The translations under genes were made by a program, and so were the position numbers. The notes below the pieces were generated by a model. It saw nothing but the letters and a program-made list of their open reading frames with translations, searched no databases and was not told the origin of the DNA. This document shows positions 47,810 to 57,912 of a stretch of 64,000 nt of DNA, piece by piece. The first letter of the stretch is position 1, and the number at the start of each line of letters is the position of its first letter. The DNA is taken from the NCBI GenBank assembly GCA_034530615.2, contig JAVRCV020000071.1, forward strand, positions 1 through 64,000. Reading direction: 5' to 3'. This DNA comes from Aulosira sp. ZfuVER01. GTDB taxonomy: Bacteria; Cyanobacteriota; Cyanobacteriia; Cyanobacteriales; Nostocaceae.

Positions 47810-50554
47810 CTAAGGCTTGTAGATAATCCAGTCTCCGGAGGTAACTAGCTTATAGTCAGTGAAAAGTTTTTCATACTGCTTAATTTCTTCGTTGAGTCCA
47901 GCACAGTATCCATAATTATATTGAATACAAAGACCTCGCCACTCTCCGCTTATTACTGAGCTTCCAGATTGTACAACGTTAGACTCTGGAGTTACTTTAA
48001 CAAATTTTGTATATAAAGCATTTAACGAGCTAAGCTGTTGAGCAGTAAGTGTCGAAATATATAATTCTGGTACTGGTAATTTAGGATTTTTAATAAATAG
48101 ATTAAGCTTTTGCTCAAATTTCTGAGCGTTAGCAATGCTCTCCTTCTTTAATGAGGATCGACATTCACTTAGTAAAGATTGAGAATCATTTTTATTGCTT
48201 GTGTCAGTAAAAAAGTCTGCAAACTTTAACATCAACTTAGCACAATCCCCAAATTGTTTTTTGAGTTGAAAGTTTCTAGCCTGAGTAAGTACGACATTTT
48301 CACTGATTCCTTGCTGCTGCTGCATAATATCCCTAATAGTACGCGCTTCTTGTTCTTTAATACTACTTTTATAAAGGTGAGTTATACCAATTATTATGAT
48401 CAATGCAGATACACCTGCAACTATGAGTTTTGTAAAGGTAGATACGGTGAAGCTATGTTTTTTTCTGAGAGCTTCGCTGAATTGCGTTTCAGAAGATGTA
48501 GAAGTCTTAGAAATAAATTTAGGTTCCAATACTTCAATTGATTCTTGTACAACTTGTTTTACTAAAATCTGATTGTCTTGTTTAATTTCACTCTCTTGAG
48601 ACAAAACTTCTACAATTACTTCACTGTTTTCAATTAATTTCGCTTCAACCTGTGCTATTTCCTGAGCAGAAAGCTCTAAAATATATTGAAAACGTTGAAG
48701 TTCTTCACGAGTAGCATCACTAAGAGGATATTCAAATTGAATTGACTCTCTAAACACCTGTTCATACTGCTGAAGCTTTTGCTGATGTTCCTCGATTGCA
48801 GCAACAATTGGATTTTCAATTGCAATAACATCCTCAGCAGTCAGATTCAACGCTTGATGACGTTGCTTTAGTTGAGAGCGATTGAAAGCATTGAGCGGAT
48901 ATTCTTGCCGAACAGCTTCTGTAAACTCTTGCTCATACTGCTTCAAGTTTGCTTGATGCGTTTCAATCTCCGCATTAATCCGCCTCTCAATCGCTCCCAC
49001 ATCCCGATCACTCAACCCCAACGTCTGCCACGTTTGCTGCAATTGCTTCTGGGTCACCTCATCTGGATAATGCTGGCGCTGCGTCGCTTTCACAAACGCC
49101 TGCTCGTACTGCTGGAGTTTTTGATGATAGCTTTCAATCTGCGTGGTGATTTGCGCTTCGATTGGTGCAACATCTACATCCGTCAGTTCTAAGCGCTGCT
49201 GTTGTTGACGTAAGTCATTCCGGGTTGCCTCACTCAGGGGATATTCCTGCTGGGTGGCAGTAAAAAACAGCCGTTCGTAGTCCTGGAGTTTTTGGTGATA
49301 TGCCTCTACCTCAGCCGTAATCTGAGATTCGATCGCCGCAATATCCCCATTTGCAAGTTCTAATTGCTGCTGGGTTTGCAGTAAGCGATCGCGGCTTGCT
49401 GCACTCAGGGGAAACTCCTGTCGCAGTGCCGTTGTAAAGGCTTGCTGATATGTTTGCAGGTTTTGCTGATGCGTCTTAAACCGTGCAGTCACCTGTGCCT
49501 CAATCGGCATCGTGTCCTCATTCCGCAGCCCCAAAATTTGCTGGAGATTTTGCAGATCGTGGCGATCGCTATCGGTTATTGTCTCGTCTCGCTCCAGTAG
49601 TTCAGTAAACACCTGCTGATACTGCTGGAGTTTGTCGCGGAACTCGTTGCGGTACGGTTCCAACACCTCATCTTCGATCGCCTTCGCCTCAGTTGGCTCT
49701 AATCCCAAGCGAGTCCTCAATACATCCAATGTTCGACGACCAACAAAGGAAATTTCGCCTCGATGAATAAATCGCACTACCTCTTTCCGGTATCGCTGTG
49801 TGGGATCACCCGGAGCCACCTTTGCCAGTCGAATTTTAAAGCCTTCTCGAATTGCATAGATTTCCGGCTTCATGGCAGGTTGAAGTTCTCGCACCTTCTG
49901 GCTGGCGTATTCATGGAGTTCATCAATGGAGATAAATTCATCCTGATCGCGATCGGCTTCTCCTGACTTGATACCTTCAATCAAAAAACGAGTGTAAATC
50001 GATAAATCTTGCCCTTGCTCTTCAAAGGAATATTGGGTGGAAGTAGAAGAAGTCAACACGACTCTTCCTTCACCGCCTAATTGCTCCCGGATGTCAATCG
50101 TGCCATCATCTTTAGCAGACAGTCCCTCAGCAAACGCGCCACTAAAGCAGCTATCCAAGATTACTACCTGCCGTCGGGAACGGCTTTCGCTCATGCGATC
50201 GTGAATAAAATTGGCAGACACCGCCGTTGAGCGAATCAGTTCACCCTGTTGCGTCTTACTGGTGTTGTGAGTCGCTAAATACAGCCTACCGCGATCATCT
50301 TTGATGCCGTGCCCTGAAAAGTACAGCAACAGCAAATCATCCTTGTGCCGACCGGAGAACAGGGTTTCAATCGCCATTTCTACAGTTTGTCGTTCAGGAT
50401 TTTTTAGCAAGATAATATCTGACGCAGCAAACCCGCCCATCTCTGGATGCATTAGCACTTCGCACACTGCTTCCACATCTCTAACTGCACCGGGCAACGG
50501 ATTCAGCCCTGGCTCATACTCACTGACCCCAACCAGCAATGCAACTTTTGCCAC
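47810..50554 (-). CDS. Caspase-family (C14) peptidase, EACC1-associated type, with helical repeats, TM and variable C-terminus
   Basis: KVALLVGVSEY, FSGHG and LDSCFSG dyad; 57-aa repeats; TM LIVAGVSALIIIIGI; GTG start. Confidence 0.9.
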   Translation of the reverse strand: MAKVALLVGVSEYEPGLNPLPGAVRDVEAVCEVLMHPEMGGFAASDIILLKNPERQTVEMAIETLFSGRHKDDLLLLYFSGHGIKDDRGRLYLATHNTSKTQQGELIRSTAVSANFIHDRMSESRSRRQVVILDSCFSGAFAEGLSAKDDGTIDIREQLGGEGRVVLTSSTSTQYSFEEQGQDLSIYTRFLIEGIKSGEADRDQDEFISIDELHEYASQKVRELQPAMKPEIYAIREGFKIRLAKVAPGDPTQRYRKEVVRFIHRGEISFVGRRTLDVLRTRLGLEPTEAKAIEDEVLEPYRNEFRDKLQQYQQVFTELLERDETITDSDRHDLQNLQQILGLRNEDTMPIEAQVTARFKTHQQNLQTYQQAFTTALRQEFPLSAASRDRLLQTQQQLELANGDIAAIESQITAEVEAYHQKLQDYERLFFTATQQEYPLSEATRNDLRQQQQRLELTDVDVAPIEAQITTQIESYHQKLQQYEQAFVKATQRQHYPDEVTQKQLQQTWQTLGLSDRDVGAIERRINAEIETHQANLKQYEQEFTEAVRQEYPLNAFNRSQLKQRHQALNLTAEDVIAIENPIVAAIEEHQQKLQQYEQVFRESIQFEYPLSDATREELQRFQYILELSAQEIAQVEAKLIENSEVIVEVLSQESEIKQDNQILVKQVVQESIEVLEPKFISKTSTSSETQFSEALRKKHSFTVSTFTKLIVAGVSALIIIIGITHLYKSSIKEQEARTIRDIMQQQQGISENVVLTQARNFQLKKQFGDCAKLMLKFADFFTDTSNKNDSQSLLSECRSSLKKESIANAQKFEQKLNLFIKNPKLPVPELYISTLTAQQLSSLNALYTKFVKVTPESNVVQSGSSVISGEWRGLCIQYNYGYCAGLNEEIKQYEKLFTDYKLVTSGDWIIYKP
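48630..49640 (-). repeat. Six 57-aa (171-bp) intragenic repeats
   Basis: xQKLQxYEQxF...EYPLS...L.L...D...IE units; CTGGAGTTTTTG at 49112 and 49283. Confidence 0.88.
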
Positions 50555-50564
50555 TTCTACTTAC

Positions 50565-50942
50565 CTATGCTGCTACAAAATCTTGAGCTGCTTTAATTGC
50601 AGCTTCGAGTTCTTCCCGGCTGTGGGCTTTCACACTCAGTTTTTTGCCGTTAGCTTCTACCGATAGTTCAATCGGCTTACCACCGAGGCGATCGCCCAGA
50701 AACCCTATCAACTTCTTAGCGTTGGCTGTATTCACCTCAGCCATCAGCAAACCTACCAGAAAACCGCCTAATGACTTATTGTCAGCCGGTGGGTTGGGGT
50801 CAAGGATGCGATTAACTGACTCTACCTCGTCCATATAATTAAGTTCAGCAATCAGCCGTTGAACCTGCTCATCTTGTTCTTCTGGCTCCAAATCGGGGTC
50901 ATTAAAGTGAATCGTCAGTTTGATGTTGGAAGTAACGGTCAT
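50565..50942 (-). CDS. EACC1-like (effector-associated constant component) small protein
   Basis: 125 aa directly upstream of the caspase; PPADNKSLGGFLVGLL hydrophobic hairpin followed by IELSVEANGKKL. Confidence 0.72.
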   Translation of the reverse strand: MTVTSNIKLTIHFNDPDLEPEEQDEQVQRLIAELNYMDEVESVNRILDPNPPADNKSLGGFLVGLLMAEVNTANAKKLIGFLGDRLGGKPIELSVEANGKKLSVKAHSREELEAAIKAAQDFVAA

Positions 50943-51123
50943 GTTTGCCTATGCTGGGGTTGAGTCTCAAATTCTATGTACTCAATTCTCGCATAAGTAT
51001 TCGGTTAATACTGGCATCCTAAATTGACAAAACAAGCTTCTGTATAAATCTTCACAAATAGCTTTGGAGTGAGTCGAAAAATTTTACATGTTACTTTTTT
51101 CTTTTGCGCTAAAACTCAAGCAA

Positions 51124-51921
51124 CTATGAAGACCATCCCAAACTAGTTGGCTGTTCATAAACTCGCTTCAAAGTATTCACATCTCTAACAGAAATCGGCG
51201 GCGGTTGGCGAACTTGAGAAAAGTATAGAGCATCGGTTTGTAGCGGACTATGCCCCCAAATTCCCAAGGCGTGACCGAGTTCGTGACGGGCTGCGGCCAT
51301 GACATAATTACCAGTCTGGCTAGGACTCAACAATATACTGAAACGGTGCAATAAAACTTTGTTGTTGGTATATAACTCATAGGTTGTAAGGGCGGAACGC
51401 GCACGGGGAATTTTATCTGTGGGGGAAATTTGCAGAGGCGGCGCTTTTCGCAAAATACTAATATCTGCAACCTCTGGTTTGTCTACTACCAATAAAGGTA
51501 AATAAACATTCCACTCTTGCACAGCCTGTAAGACGCTGTCAACCCAGGCTTGAGCTTGCTGGCTGTTAATTGCTGTTGGTTTTGCTACGTAAACTCGAAT
51601 AGGAAACTGTGACCAAACAAGATAACCGACTTGGGTTGGTGTAATTTGAGCAAAGTAATCGCCACTGTTGGTGTTATCTTGCCATTTAGCTAGCTTTGGC
51701 GGTAGAGGATGGGGTTTTGGAGAAAGGGATGAGGAGGTGGGGAGAGAAACTATTAAGTCGCTAGTATATTGGGTTACTTGCGCGAAAATAGCATTTGCAG
51801 GGAGATTAGTAAAAATAACTAGCAGCCCTGTACCTATAGCTAAGGCAAGAACTGCTAGTAACTGTCGTGTCAATAAATTTTTCAGGGTTTTGGGTGTTGG
51901 GTATTGGATTTTGTTTCCCAT
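51124..51921 (-). CDS. Matrixin-like zinc metalloprotease
   Basis: HELGHALGIWGH zinc motif; N-terminal TM/signal. Confidence 0.88.
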   Translation of the reverse strand: MGNKIQYPTPKTLKNLLTRQLLAVLALAIGTGLLVIFTNLPANAIFAQVTQYTSDLIVSLPTSSSLSPKPHPLPPKLAKWQDNTNSGDYFAQITPTQVGYLVWSQFPIRVYVAKPTAINSQQAQAWVDSVLQAVQEWNVYLPLLVVDKPEVADISILRKAPPLQISPTDKIPRARSALTTYELYTNNKVLLHRFSILLSPSQTGNYVMAAARHELGHALGIWGHSPLQTDALYFSQVRQPPPISVRDVNTLKRVYEQPTSLGWSS

Positions 51922-51939
51922 TTCCCTATTCCCCTATGC

Positions 51940-52173
51940 TTACTTAGGTAGCCAACCGGCACTTAAAACTACTGTTAAGCCCAGAAAAATAACTGTCAGC
52001 GCCCAAGTAATTCGGTTTAAGGTATTTTCTGCACTCTTGGTGCTGCTAAACAGTTGAGCTTGTCCACCAATAGCCCCAATACCGTCACCTTTAGGACTAT
52101 GCAGCAATACTAAGACAATTAAACCAACGGCGGAAAGTGCCCAAATGCCTTGAACAATACTAGAAACTGTCAT
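51940..52173 (-). CDS. secG: Preprotein translocase subunit SecG
   Basis: LVLLHSPKGDG...LNRITW. Confidence 0.95.
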   Translation of the reverse strand: MTVSSIVQGIWALSAVGLIVLVLLHSPKGDGIGAIGGQAQLFSSTKSAENTLNRITWALTVIFLGLTVVLSAGWLPK

Positions 52174-52248
52174 GGTAGCAATCTAAATAGATAGTCAATT
52201 TCAAAACAGAAGCGTCAGGATTAAGGTAACAGTTAACTGTTATCTATT

Positions 52249-53847
52249 TTACAAACCTACTTGCGCGGGAGTACGACTGCGTTGCACATCATATCCTGCT
52301 GCTACAACCAGCGATCGCCCTGTCATTTCGGATGGCTGAGGTAGTTGTAAAATCTCTAGAATTGTCGGCGCAATGTCGGCTAGCTTGCCATCGCTTCGCA
52401 GTTCGACATTAGTACCATGTCCAGGGATTTTAACTTTCTCGCCTTCCAACAAAATTAAGGGGACTGGGTTGGTGGTGTGGGCTGTCCAAGGATTACCCGC
52501 ATCATCAAGCATATACTCAGCATTACCGTGGTCAGCAGTAATAATTGTTGTCCCGCCAACTTTAGTAATGCTAGCAAGTAGGCGACCCAAACAGCGATCA
52601 ACTTTTTCAATTGCTTCTATCGTAGCTTCTATCTGACCCGTATGCCCTACCATATCTGGGTTAGCATAGTTGATCACAACTAACGAGTAGATACATTTTT
52701 CAATCGCCGCGATCGCAACATTTGTAACTGCTTCTGCTGACATCGCCGGGGCTTTGTCATAGGTGGCTACCATTGGACTGCTTACTAGTTCTCGGTCTTC
52801 CCCCTCAAAAGGTTCTTCTAGACCGCCATTAAAGAAGTAGGTGACGTGGGCGTATTTTTCCGTTTCAGCCGTGCGAAACTGCTTCAAACCGTTATTGGCG
52901 ATTACCTCTCCCAAAATGTTAGTCAGATTCTGCGGCTCAAAGGCTACAGCTACTTTTAATTCTGGATCGTACTGAGTAAAAGTAGCAAAAGAAAGTGGCT
53001 GAATTAGCTGTCTTTCAAATCCTGTAAATTCTGGACTAACAAAAGCTTGAGTTAGTTGTCTAGCGCGGTCAGGGCGGAAGTTGAAAAATATCACTCCATC
53101 CCCTGGTTCTATTGCACCAGAAGCAATGCGTATTGGGTCAATGAACTCGTCTGTCACCCCAGCAGCATAAGATGCTTTTAAGACTTCTACAGCCTGACGA
53201 GTATCAGTCACTCGATCTTGGGTCATCACGTCATAGGCACGTTTGACCCGATCCCAGCGATGATCGCGATCCATCGCGTAGTAGCGACCGCTGAGGGTGA
53301 CTATGCGCCCTACACCTAGGCGATCGATGTATTCTTGCAGATGCCCAATTGCTTTTACACCCTCGGTCGGTGTGGTGTCACGACCATCGGTGATGGCGTG
53401 GATACAAACTTGAGAAATTCGCTGATCCTTAGCTAAGTCAAGTAGTCCGAATAGATGGGTGAGATGGGAATGTACCCCACCCTCTGAACACAGACCTACC
53501 ATGTGAAGCTTGCCATTGCGATCGCGGACTTCCTGGCAAATTTTGACAAGTGCTGGGTTACTCTTGATAGAACCGTCTTCGACAGCATCGGAGATGCGTA
53601 CCAATTCTTGCGGTACTACCCGCCCAGCGCCAATGTTCAAATGACCAACTTCCGAGTTGCCCATTTGACCCTCTGGCAACCCTACGGCTTTTCCTGATGT
53701 GCGGATGAGGGTGTGTGGATAAGCTGCCCATAGACTGTCCATTACAGGAGTCTGAGCATTAACAATAGCGTTTCCTCGCTTCTCCTCGCAGTAGCCCCAT
53801 CCGTCTAAAATGACTAGCACCACAGGAGCAACAGGTGCTTTGGTCAT
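52249..53847 (-). CDS. gpmI: 2,3-bisphosphoglycerate-independent phosphoglycerate mutase
   Basis: ILDGWG, GNSEVGH, DGRD, DMVGHTG, TADHGN. Confidence 0.97.
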   Translation of the reverse strand: MTKAPVAPVVLVILDGWGYCEEKRGNAIVNAQTPVMDSLWAAYPHTLIRTSGKAVGLPEGQMGNSEVGHLNIGAGRVVPQELVRISDAVEDGSIKSNPALVKICQEVRDRNGKLHMVGLCSEGGVHSHLTHLFGLLDLAKDQRISQVCIHAITDGRDTTPTEGVKAIGHLQEYIDRLGVGRIVTLSGRYYAMDRDHRWDRVKRAYDVMTQDRVTDTRQAVEVLKASYAAGVTDEFIDPIRIASGAIEPGDGVIFFNFRPDRARQLTQAFVSPEFTGFERQLIQPLSFATFTQYDPELKVAVAFEPQNLTNILGEVIANNGLKQFRTAETEKYAHVTYFFNGGLEEPFEGEDRELVSSPMVATYDKAPAMSAEAVTNVAIAAIEKCIYSLVVINYANPDMVGHTGQIEATIEAIEKVDRCLGRLLASITKVGGTTIITADHGNAEYMLDDAGNPWTAHTTNPVPLILLEGEKVKIPGHGTNVELRSDGKLADIAPTILEILQLPQPSEMTGRSLVVAAGYDVQRSRTPAQVGL

Positions 53848-54209
53848 AGTAAAATTGCCCTTTACTTTTTGTAATACCCGAATGATACCACTGCTAATCA
53901 CCGCTGCAAGTGAATTTCTGCTTATTAACTTGTTTTATGAATGATTTCAGTATTTTTTAGATTTTTTTTACTTTTAGTAACTTTTGCATATTTTTTGTGA
54001 TAATTGTGTGGGGCTAATCATCAGTCAAAAAGCTTTTAATCAACATTAGTGTCAGTAATTCTTCGTCAAGGGTACTGATAATTTTTCCATCTTCACTGAC
54101 GAAGTTAATACTTGTATTGGATTGATATCTAGCAACTTATTGAGAAACTATTTGAGCTAGTAGTAGCACTTAAAGATTATATAGATTAATTGACTTACCA
54201 TTCTGAGTG

Positions 54210-54300
54210 TAGTGGCGTGACAAGGCTAAAGTTGTGCATTAGATTTCTAATTGATAGGGCGCTAAAGAACTACGAACATTTTAGTCTTGCCACGCTAGTA
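54210..54300. mobile_element. Short MITE-like element
   Basis: Imperfect 21-bp terminal IRs TAGTGGCGTGACAAGGCTAAA / TTTAGTCTTGCCACGCTAGTA. Confidence 0.55.
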
Positions 54301-54414
54301 GAATGGCAAGTAATAAAGGGTAATGGTGCGTTACAGCTTCACCTAACACACCATACGACATCAAAGTTTTTGGACTTTATTTAATCCGCTATTTCAGGAG
54401 TACTAAATAAATCC

Positions 54415-56109
54415 TTACTTGCGTTTTGCTGAAGCTTTAGAAGATTTGGCAGCTTTCTTCGCCGCTTTTTCAGCAGCGATTGTCGCTAACCTTGCTTGTT
54501 CTTTTTCTTCGGCAATTTTATCAAGGTAGTAATGATAATCGCCTAAATAAACGCGGAATTCTCCATCACGAATTTCCACGATTTTATTAGCTACCTGTGA
54601 GATAAAATAACGGTCGTGAGAAACGACAATCGCTGTCCCATCATAGTGTTGAAGTGCTTCTTCCAACATTTCTTTAGCTGGAATATCGAGATGGTTTGTC
54701 GGCTCATCTAAAATTAGTAAGTTCGCTGGACGCAAGAGCATTTTTGCTAAAGCTAGACGCGCTTTTTCTCCCCCACTTAATGCGCCAACTGGCTTAAATA
54801 CAGTATCCCCAGTGAATAAAAACCGTCCCAGAAGCGTGCGAACTTCTTCATTTTTCCAGTCAGGAACTTCATCGTGAATAGTTTCCATGACTGTTTTTTT
54901 CAAATCCAAAGCTTCTGCCTGATTCTGTTCAAAGTAACCAGGAATAACGTTGTGATCGCCTAATTTAACGCTACCTTCTGTGGGCGGTTCCATACCCATA
55001 ATCACCCGCAATAGCGTAGATTTGCCTGCACCGTTGGGGCCGAGAAAAGCAATGCGATCGCCTCTTTCAATTAAGAGATTTGCTGCCAAAAATAAGATTT
55101 TATCATCATAGATATGAGTTAAATCTTTAATGCTCACAACCTCTCGTCCGCTACGAGGTGCATCAGGGAAGCGGAAGTGCAAGGTTCTGACTCCAGCTGT
55201 AGGTGCTTCAATGCGCTCAATTTTTTCTAGTTGTTTTTCGCGGCTTTTTGCTTGGGTACTGCGGGTAGCACTGGCGCGAAATCTGTCAACAAATGCTTGC
55301 TGTTTCTCTAATTCTTTCTGCTGGCGTTCGTAAGCACTTAGTTGCGCTGATTGATTTTCGGCTTTTTGTTGCAGGTATGCTGAGTAGTTACCAAGGTAAG
55401 TAGCAGAAACACCGCGTTCAGTTTCGACAATTTGGGTGCAGAGGCGGTCAAGGAATTCCCGGTCATGGGAAACTATGACCATTGGAGTAACCAGACTTCT
55501 TAGGTAATTTTCCAACCACTCAATGGTTTCCAAGTCTAAATGGTTAGTCGGTTCGTCCAGTAGCAATAAATCGGGTTTTTGCAACAGGATTTTACCCAAA
55601 CTCATCCGCATCTGCCAACCACCAGAAAAGGCGCTGACAAGGCGATCGCCATCTTCTGGTTCAAACCCCATTTCTGGTAATATTTTCCCGATGCGTGCTT
55701 CTAAGCCATAGCCATCTAAGGCTTCAAATTGGCGCTGGAAGCGATCCAATTTGTTAATCAATTGATCTAGTTCTTCTGGAGTTGCAGTTTCCATGTCTCT
55801 TGTCACCTGTGCTAGAGACAACTGCACTTGATTAGCTTCTTTGAAGACAGTCCAAAATTCTTCTCTCACAGTGCGACTGGGGTCTACTTCAAACTCTTGG
55901 TTGAGGTAGGCTATATGTAAACTCGCAGGACGAATAATCTCTCCCGCCGTGGGTTCAATTTCTCCAGAGATGATTTTCAGTTGAGTAGATTTACCTGCAC
56001 CGTTCACACCGACTAAGCCGATGCGATCGCCTGGTTTTACTTCCCAGTTGATGTCTTTGAGAACTTCGCCTGTGGGGTAAATTTTACTGATATGTTCTAG
56101 TCGCAGCAT
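54415..56109 (-). CDS. ABC-F family ATP-binding protein
   Basis: Two ABC cassettes (GVNGAGKS, GPNGAGKS, DEPTNHLD twice); no TM. Confidence 0.95.
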   Translation of the reverse strand: MLRLEHISKIYPTGEVLKDINWEVKPGDRIGLVGVNGAGKSTQLKIISGEIEPTAGEIIRPASLHIAYLNQEFEVDPSRTVREEFWTVFKEANQVQLSLAQVTRDMETATPEELDQLINKLDRFQRQFEALDGYGLEARIGKILPEMGFEPEDGDRLVSAFSGGWQMRMSLGKILLQKPDLLLLDEPTNHLDLETIEWLENYLRSLVTPMVIVSHDREFLDRLCTQIVETERGVSATYLGNYSAYLQQKAENQSAQLSAYERQQKELEKQQAFVDRFRASATRSTQAKSREKQLEKIERIEAPTAGVRTLHFRFPDAPRSGREVVSIKDLTHIYDDKILFLAANLLIERGDRIAFLGPNGAGKSTLLRVIMGMEPPTEGSVKLGDHNVIPGYFEQNQAEALDLKKTVMETIHDEVPDWKNEEVRTLLGRFLFTGDTVFKPVGALSGGEKARLALAKMLLRPANLLILDEPTNHLDIPAKEMLEEALQHYDGTAIVVSHDRYFISQVANKIVEIRDGEFRVYLGDYHYYLDKIAEEKEQARLATIAAEKAAKKAAKSSKASAKRK

Positions 56110-56322
56110 CAAGTTTCTCTCAGGTAGGGAATGGGTAGTTGGGGGATGAAGTGCTAACGCCGTGTCAATCTTAACAAAATTTAATTAATATTTCGTCAGG
56201 GAAAATTGCTGAATGATAGAAAAATAGTTTGAGATTGTGACGCTGAAGGCTGATTAAGTTATATATACCTAATCAAAGCCACCCATTTCGACCTTGGCTT
56301 ACCCTAGCATTCAATTATGCTG

Positions 56323-57165
56323 CTATTTTTTGCTAGATATGCCTGAATCAGAAGACTGCTGTTGTACTGCTTGCCTGACTTCCTCTACACTCAATTCCAA
56401 AGCATCGGCTATTTGCTCTACAGTCAACCCTGCTGTCAACATTGGTAGTACTGCTTTTAACTTTCCACTGCGCTCACCTTGCTCTATACCTTGTTCTATA
56501 CCTTCTTCTTTGCCTTCCTGAAAAGCTTCCTGATAAAATCTTGTTTGCTTTAACTCGCTTAAGCTAAACATTGCTTCGATTTCCTCCCGACTCATATTAG
56601 GAAATTTGTAAACCAAAATAGTCTCTATTAATTGTAATAATTGCTGCTGTAACTGTGAGTTTATCTCTTGTTTAGTTCTCTCTATCAACTCCCTTGCTTG
56701 GGTGATAGCTGTATCTGCTTCTTCAACTACTAATTTAACGGTCGCTATCCCAATTGGGAGCGTTGCAGTCTCACCTAATTCATTGAGATAAATCCGTCTA
56801 ACTCTTTGACTTACAAAGAATTCACGATAGTGTTTGACATCTCCTGTATCTACAGTCCTGTTTGGGTATAAAACTACAGCACTCCAATCATTTTGTGGTT
56901 TATTCTGACGCAGGTATAAATATATTTCTGTAAATAATCGTGAGTAAATTTCGTCATCTTTCTGAAATTGCACTTCAACGAAGTAAATTGGTCTATCATT
57001 TGTTTGCCTAGGCAGAAATATACCATCAATCCTGAAGGAAGTTTGTTTTATTTCAACTGATGAAAATCTATAATTGTTTGCCTCTTCAGGAGAATTGCCA
57101 ATCAGTTCAAAGAAGATACTGGGTAATTCTTGAAACAGACGATAAAATAAAATGTCAGTTTTCAC
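56323..57165 (-). CDS. Rpn-family (DUF2887) PD-(D/E)XK nuclease / putative transposase
   Basis: KTDILFYRLF, FRIDGIF, FVEVQFQ; C-terminal EGxE repeats. Confidence 0.9.
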   Translation of the reverse strand: MKTDILFYRLFQELPSIFFELIGNSPEEANNYRFSSVEIKQTSFRIDGIFLPRQTNDRPIYFVEVQFQKDDEIYSRLFTEIYLYLRQNKPQNDWSAVVLYPNRTVDTGDVKHYREFFVSQRVRRIYLNELGETATLPIGIATVKLVVEEADTAITQARELIERTKQEINSQLQQQLLQLIETILVYKFPNMSREEIEAMFSLSELKQTRFYQEAFQEGKEEGIEQGIEQGERSGKLKAVLPMLTAGLTVEQIADALELSVEEVRQAVQQQSSDSGISSKK

Positions 57166-57180
57166 GCAATTATATATGAG

Positions 57181-57675
57181 TTATTCTTCCAGACCATCTC
57201 GTACTTCTAGTAGTTGCTCTTTTGATAGCCCTAATATTCGTGAAAGTGGAGCTAACAAACTATCATCTATTGGTTCTCCAACATAAATATTATCTAGTTC
57301 AGAAGGAGACACTTTAAATGTATCGCAGAATTTAGTAAACTCCTGACTACTCAAATCTAGTTCTTTTTGCCTTTCTTTTAATAAAAGTGCGATCGCTCTA
57401 GTTCCGTATTTTGGACGTTCACTGATTTTTATATATTTTTTCATTAAATTCTTGACTTGGTTAGCATCACCACCAGTTTTTTTAATTAAATCAGTGCAGG
57501 CTAATCTCAGCGCTTTATTTAAAACTTCTTGCTCATTTAAAAACCTAATAATTTCATCTGCATAGTCTTGTTTAAAAAAACCAGTTAAATTACCTTGATA
57601 ATAAACTGGCACAAAAGGCTCGCCTGATTCTGCTTGCCAATCTGAAGGTTCGTTGTAGATCGACATAATATGCAC
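57181..57675 (-). CDS. Hypothetical protein, possible C-terminal HTH
   Basis: 164-aa ORF with SD-like GAG before GTG; helical C-terminus LAPLSRILGLS. Confidence 0.7.
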   Translation of the reverse strand: MHIMSIYNEPSDWQAESGEPFVPVYYQGNLTGFFKQDYADEIIRFLNEQEVLNKALRLACTDLIKKTGGDANQVKNLMKKYIKISERPKYGTRAIALLLKERQKELDLSSQEFTKFCDTFKVSPSELDNIYVGEPIDDSLLAPLSRILGLSKEQLLEVRDGLEE

Positions 57676-57842
57676 CTCTAAAAAATTTAATTTTATAAAA
57701 ATTTACAAACTTTTTCGGATTTTCAGTCACCACTTCTACCATCTTTGATGGAAGTTGTTACTAAGTATTTTTGCTATATTATATTGTTATAAATTAATCA
57801 ATTCAAGTCCCATTAGCTATTTGCTCAGTGGGAATTTCAAAT

Positions 57843-57888
57843 AAAAAACCGCTTATGTGTGTTACAAGCAACAGCACAGTAAGCGGTT
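57843..57888 (-). terminator. Intrinsic terminator after prfA
   Basis: AACCGCTTA / TAAGCGGTT stem with U-tract on the minus strand. Confidence 0.7.
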
Positions 57889-57912
57889 ATTCACATTTTA
57901 TAAAAGAGCCGA

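Noticed and set aside
51041..51056. TGT-N10-ACA upstream of the EACC1-like gene
   Set aside because: Weak NtcA/CRP-like match expected by chance in AT-rich DNA
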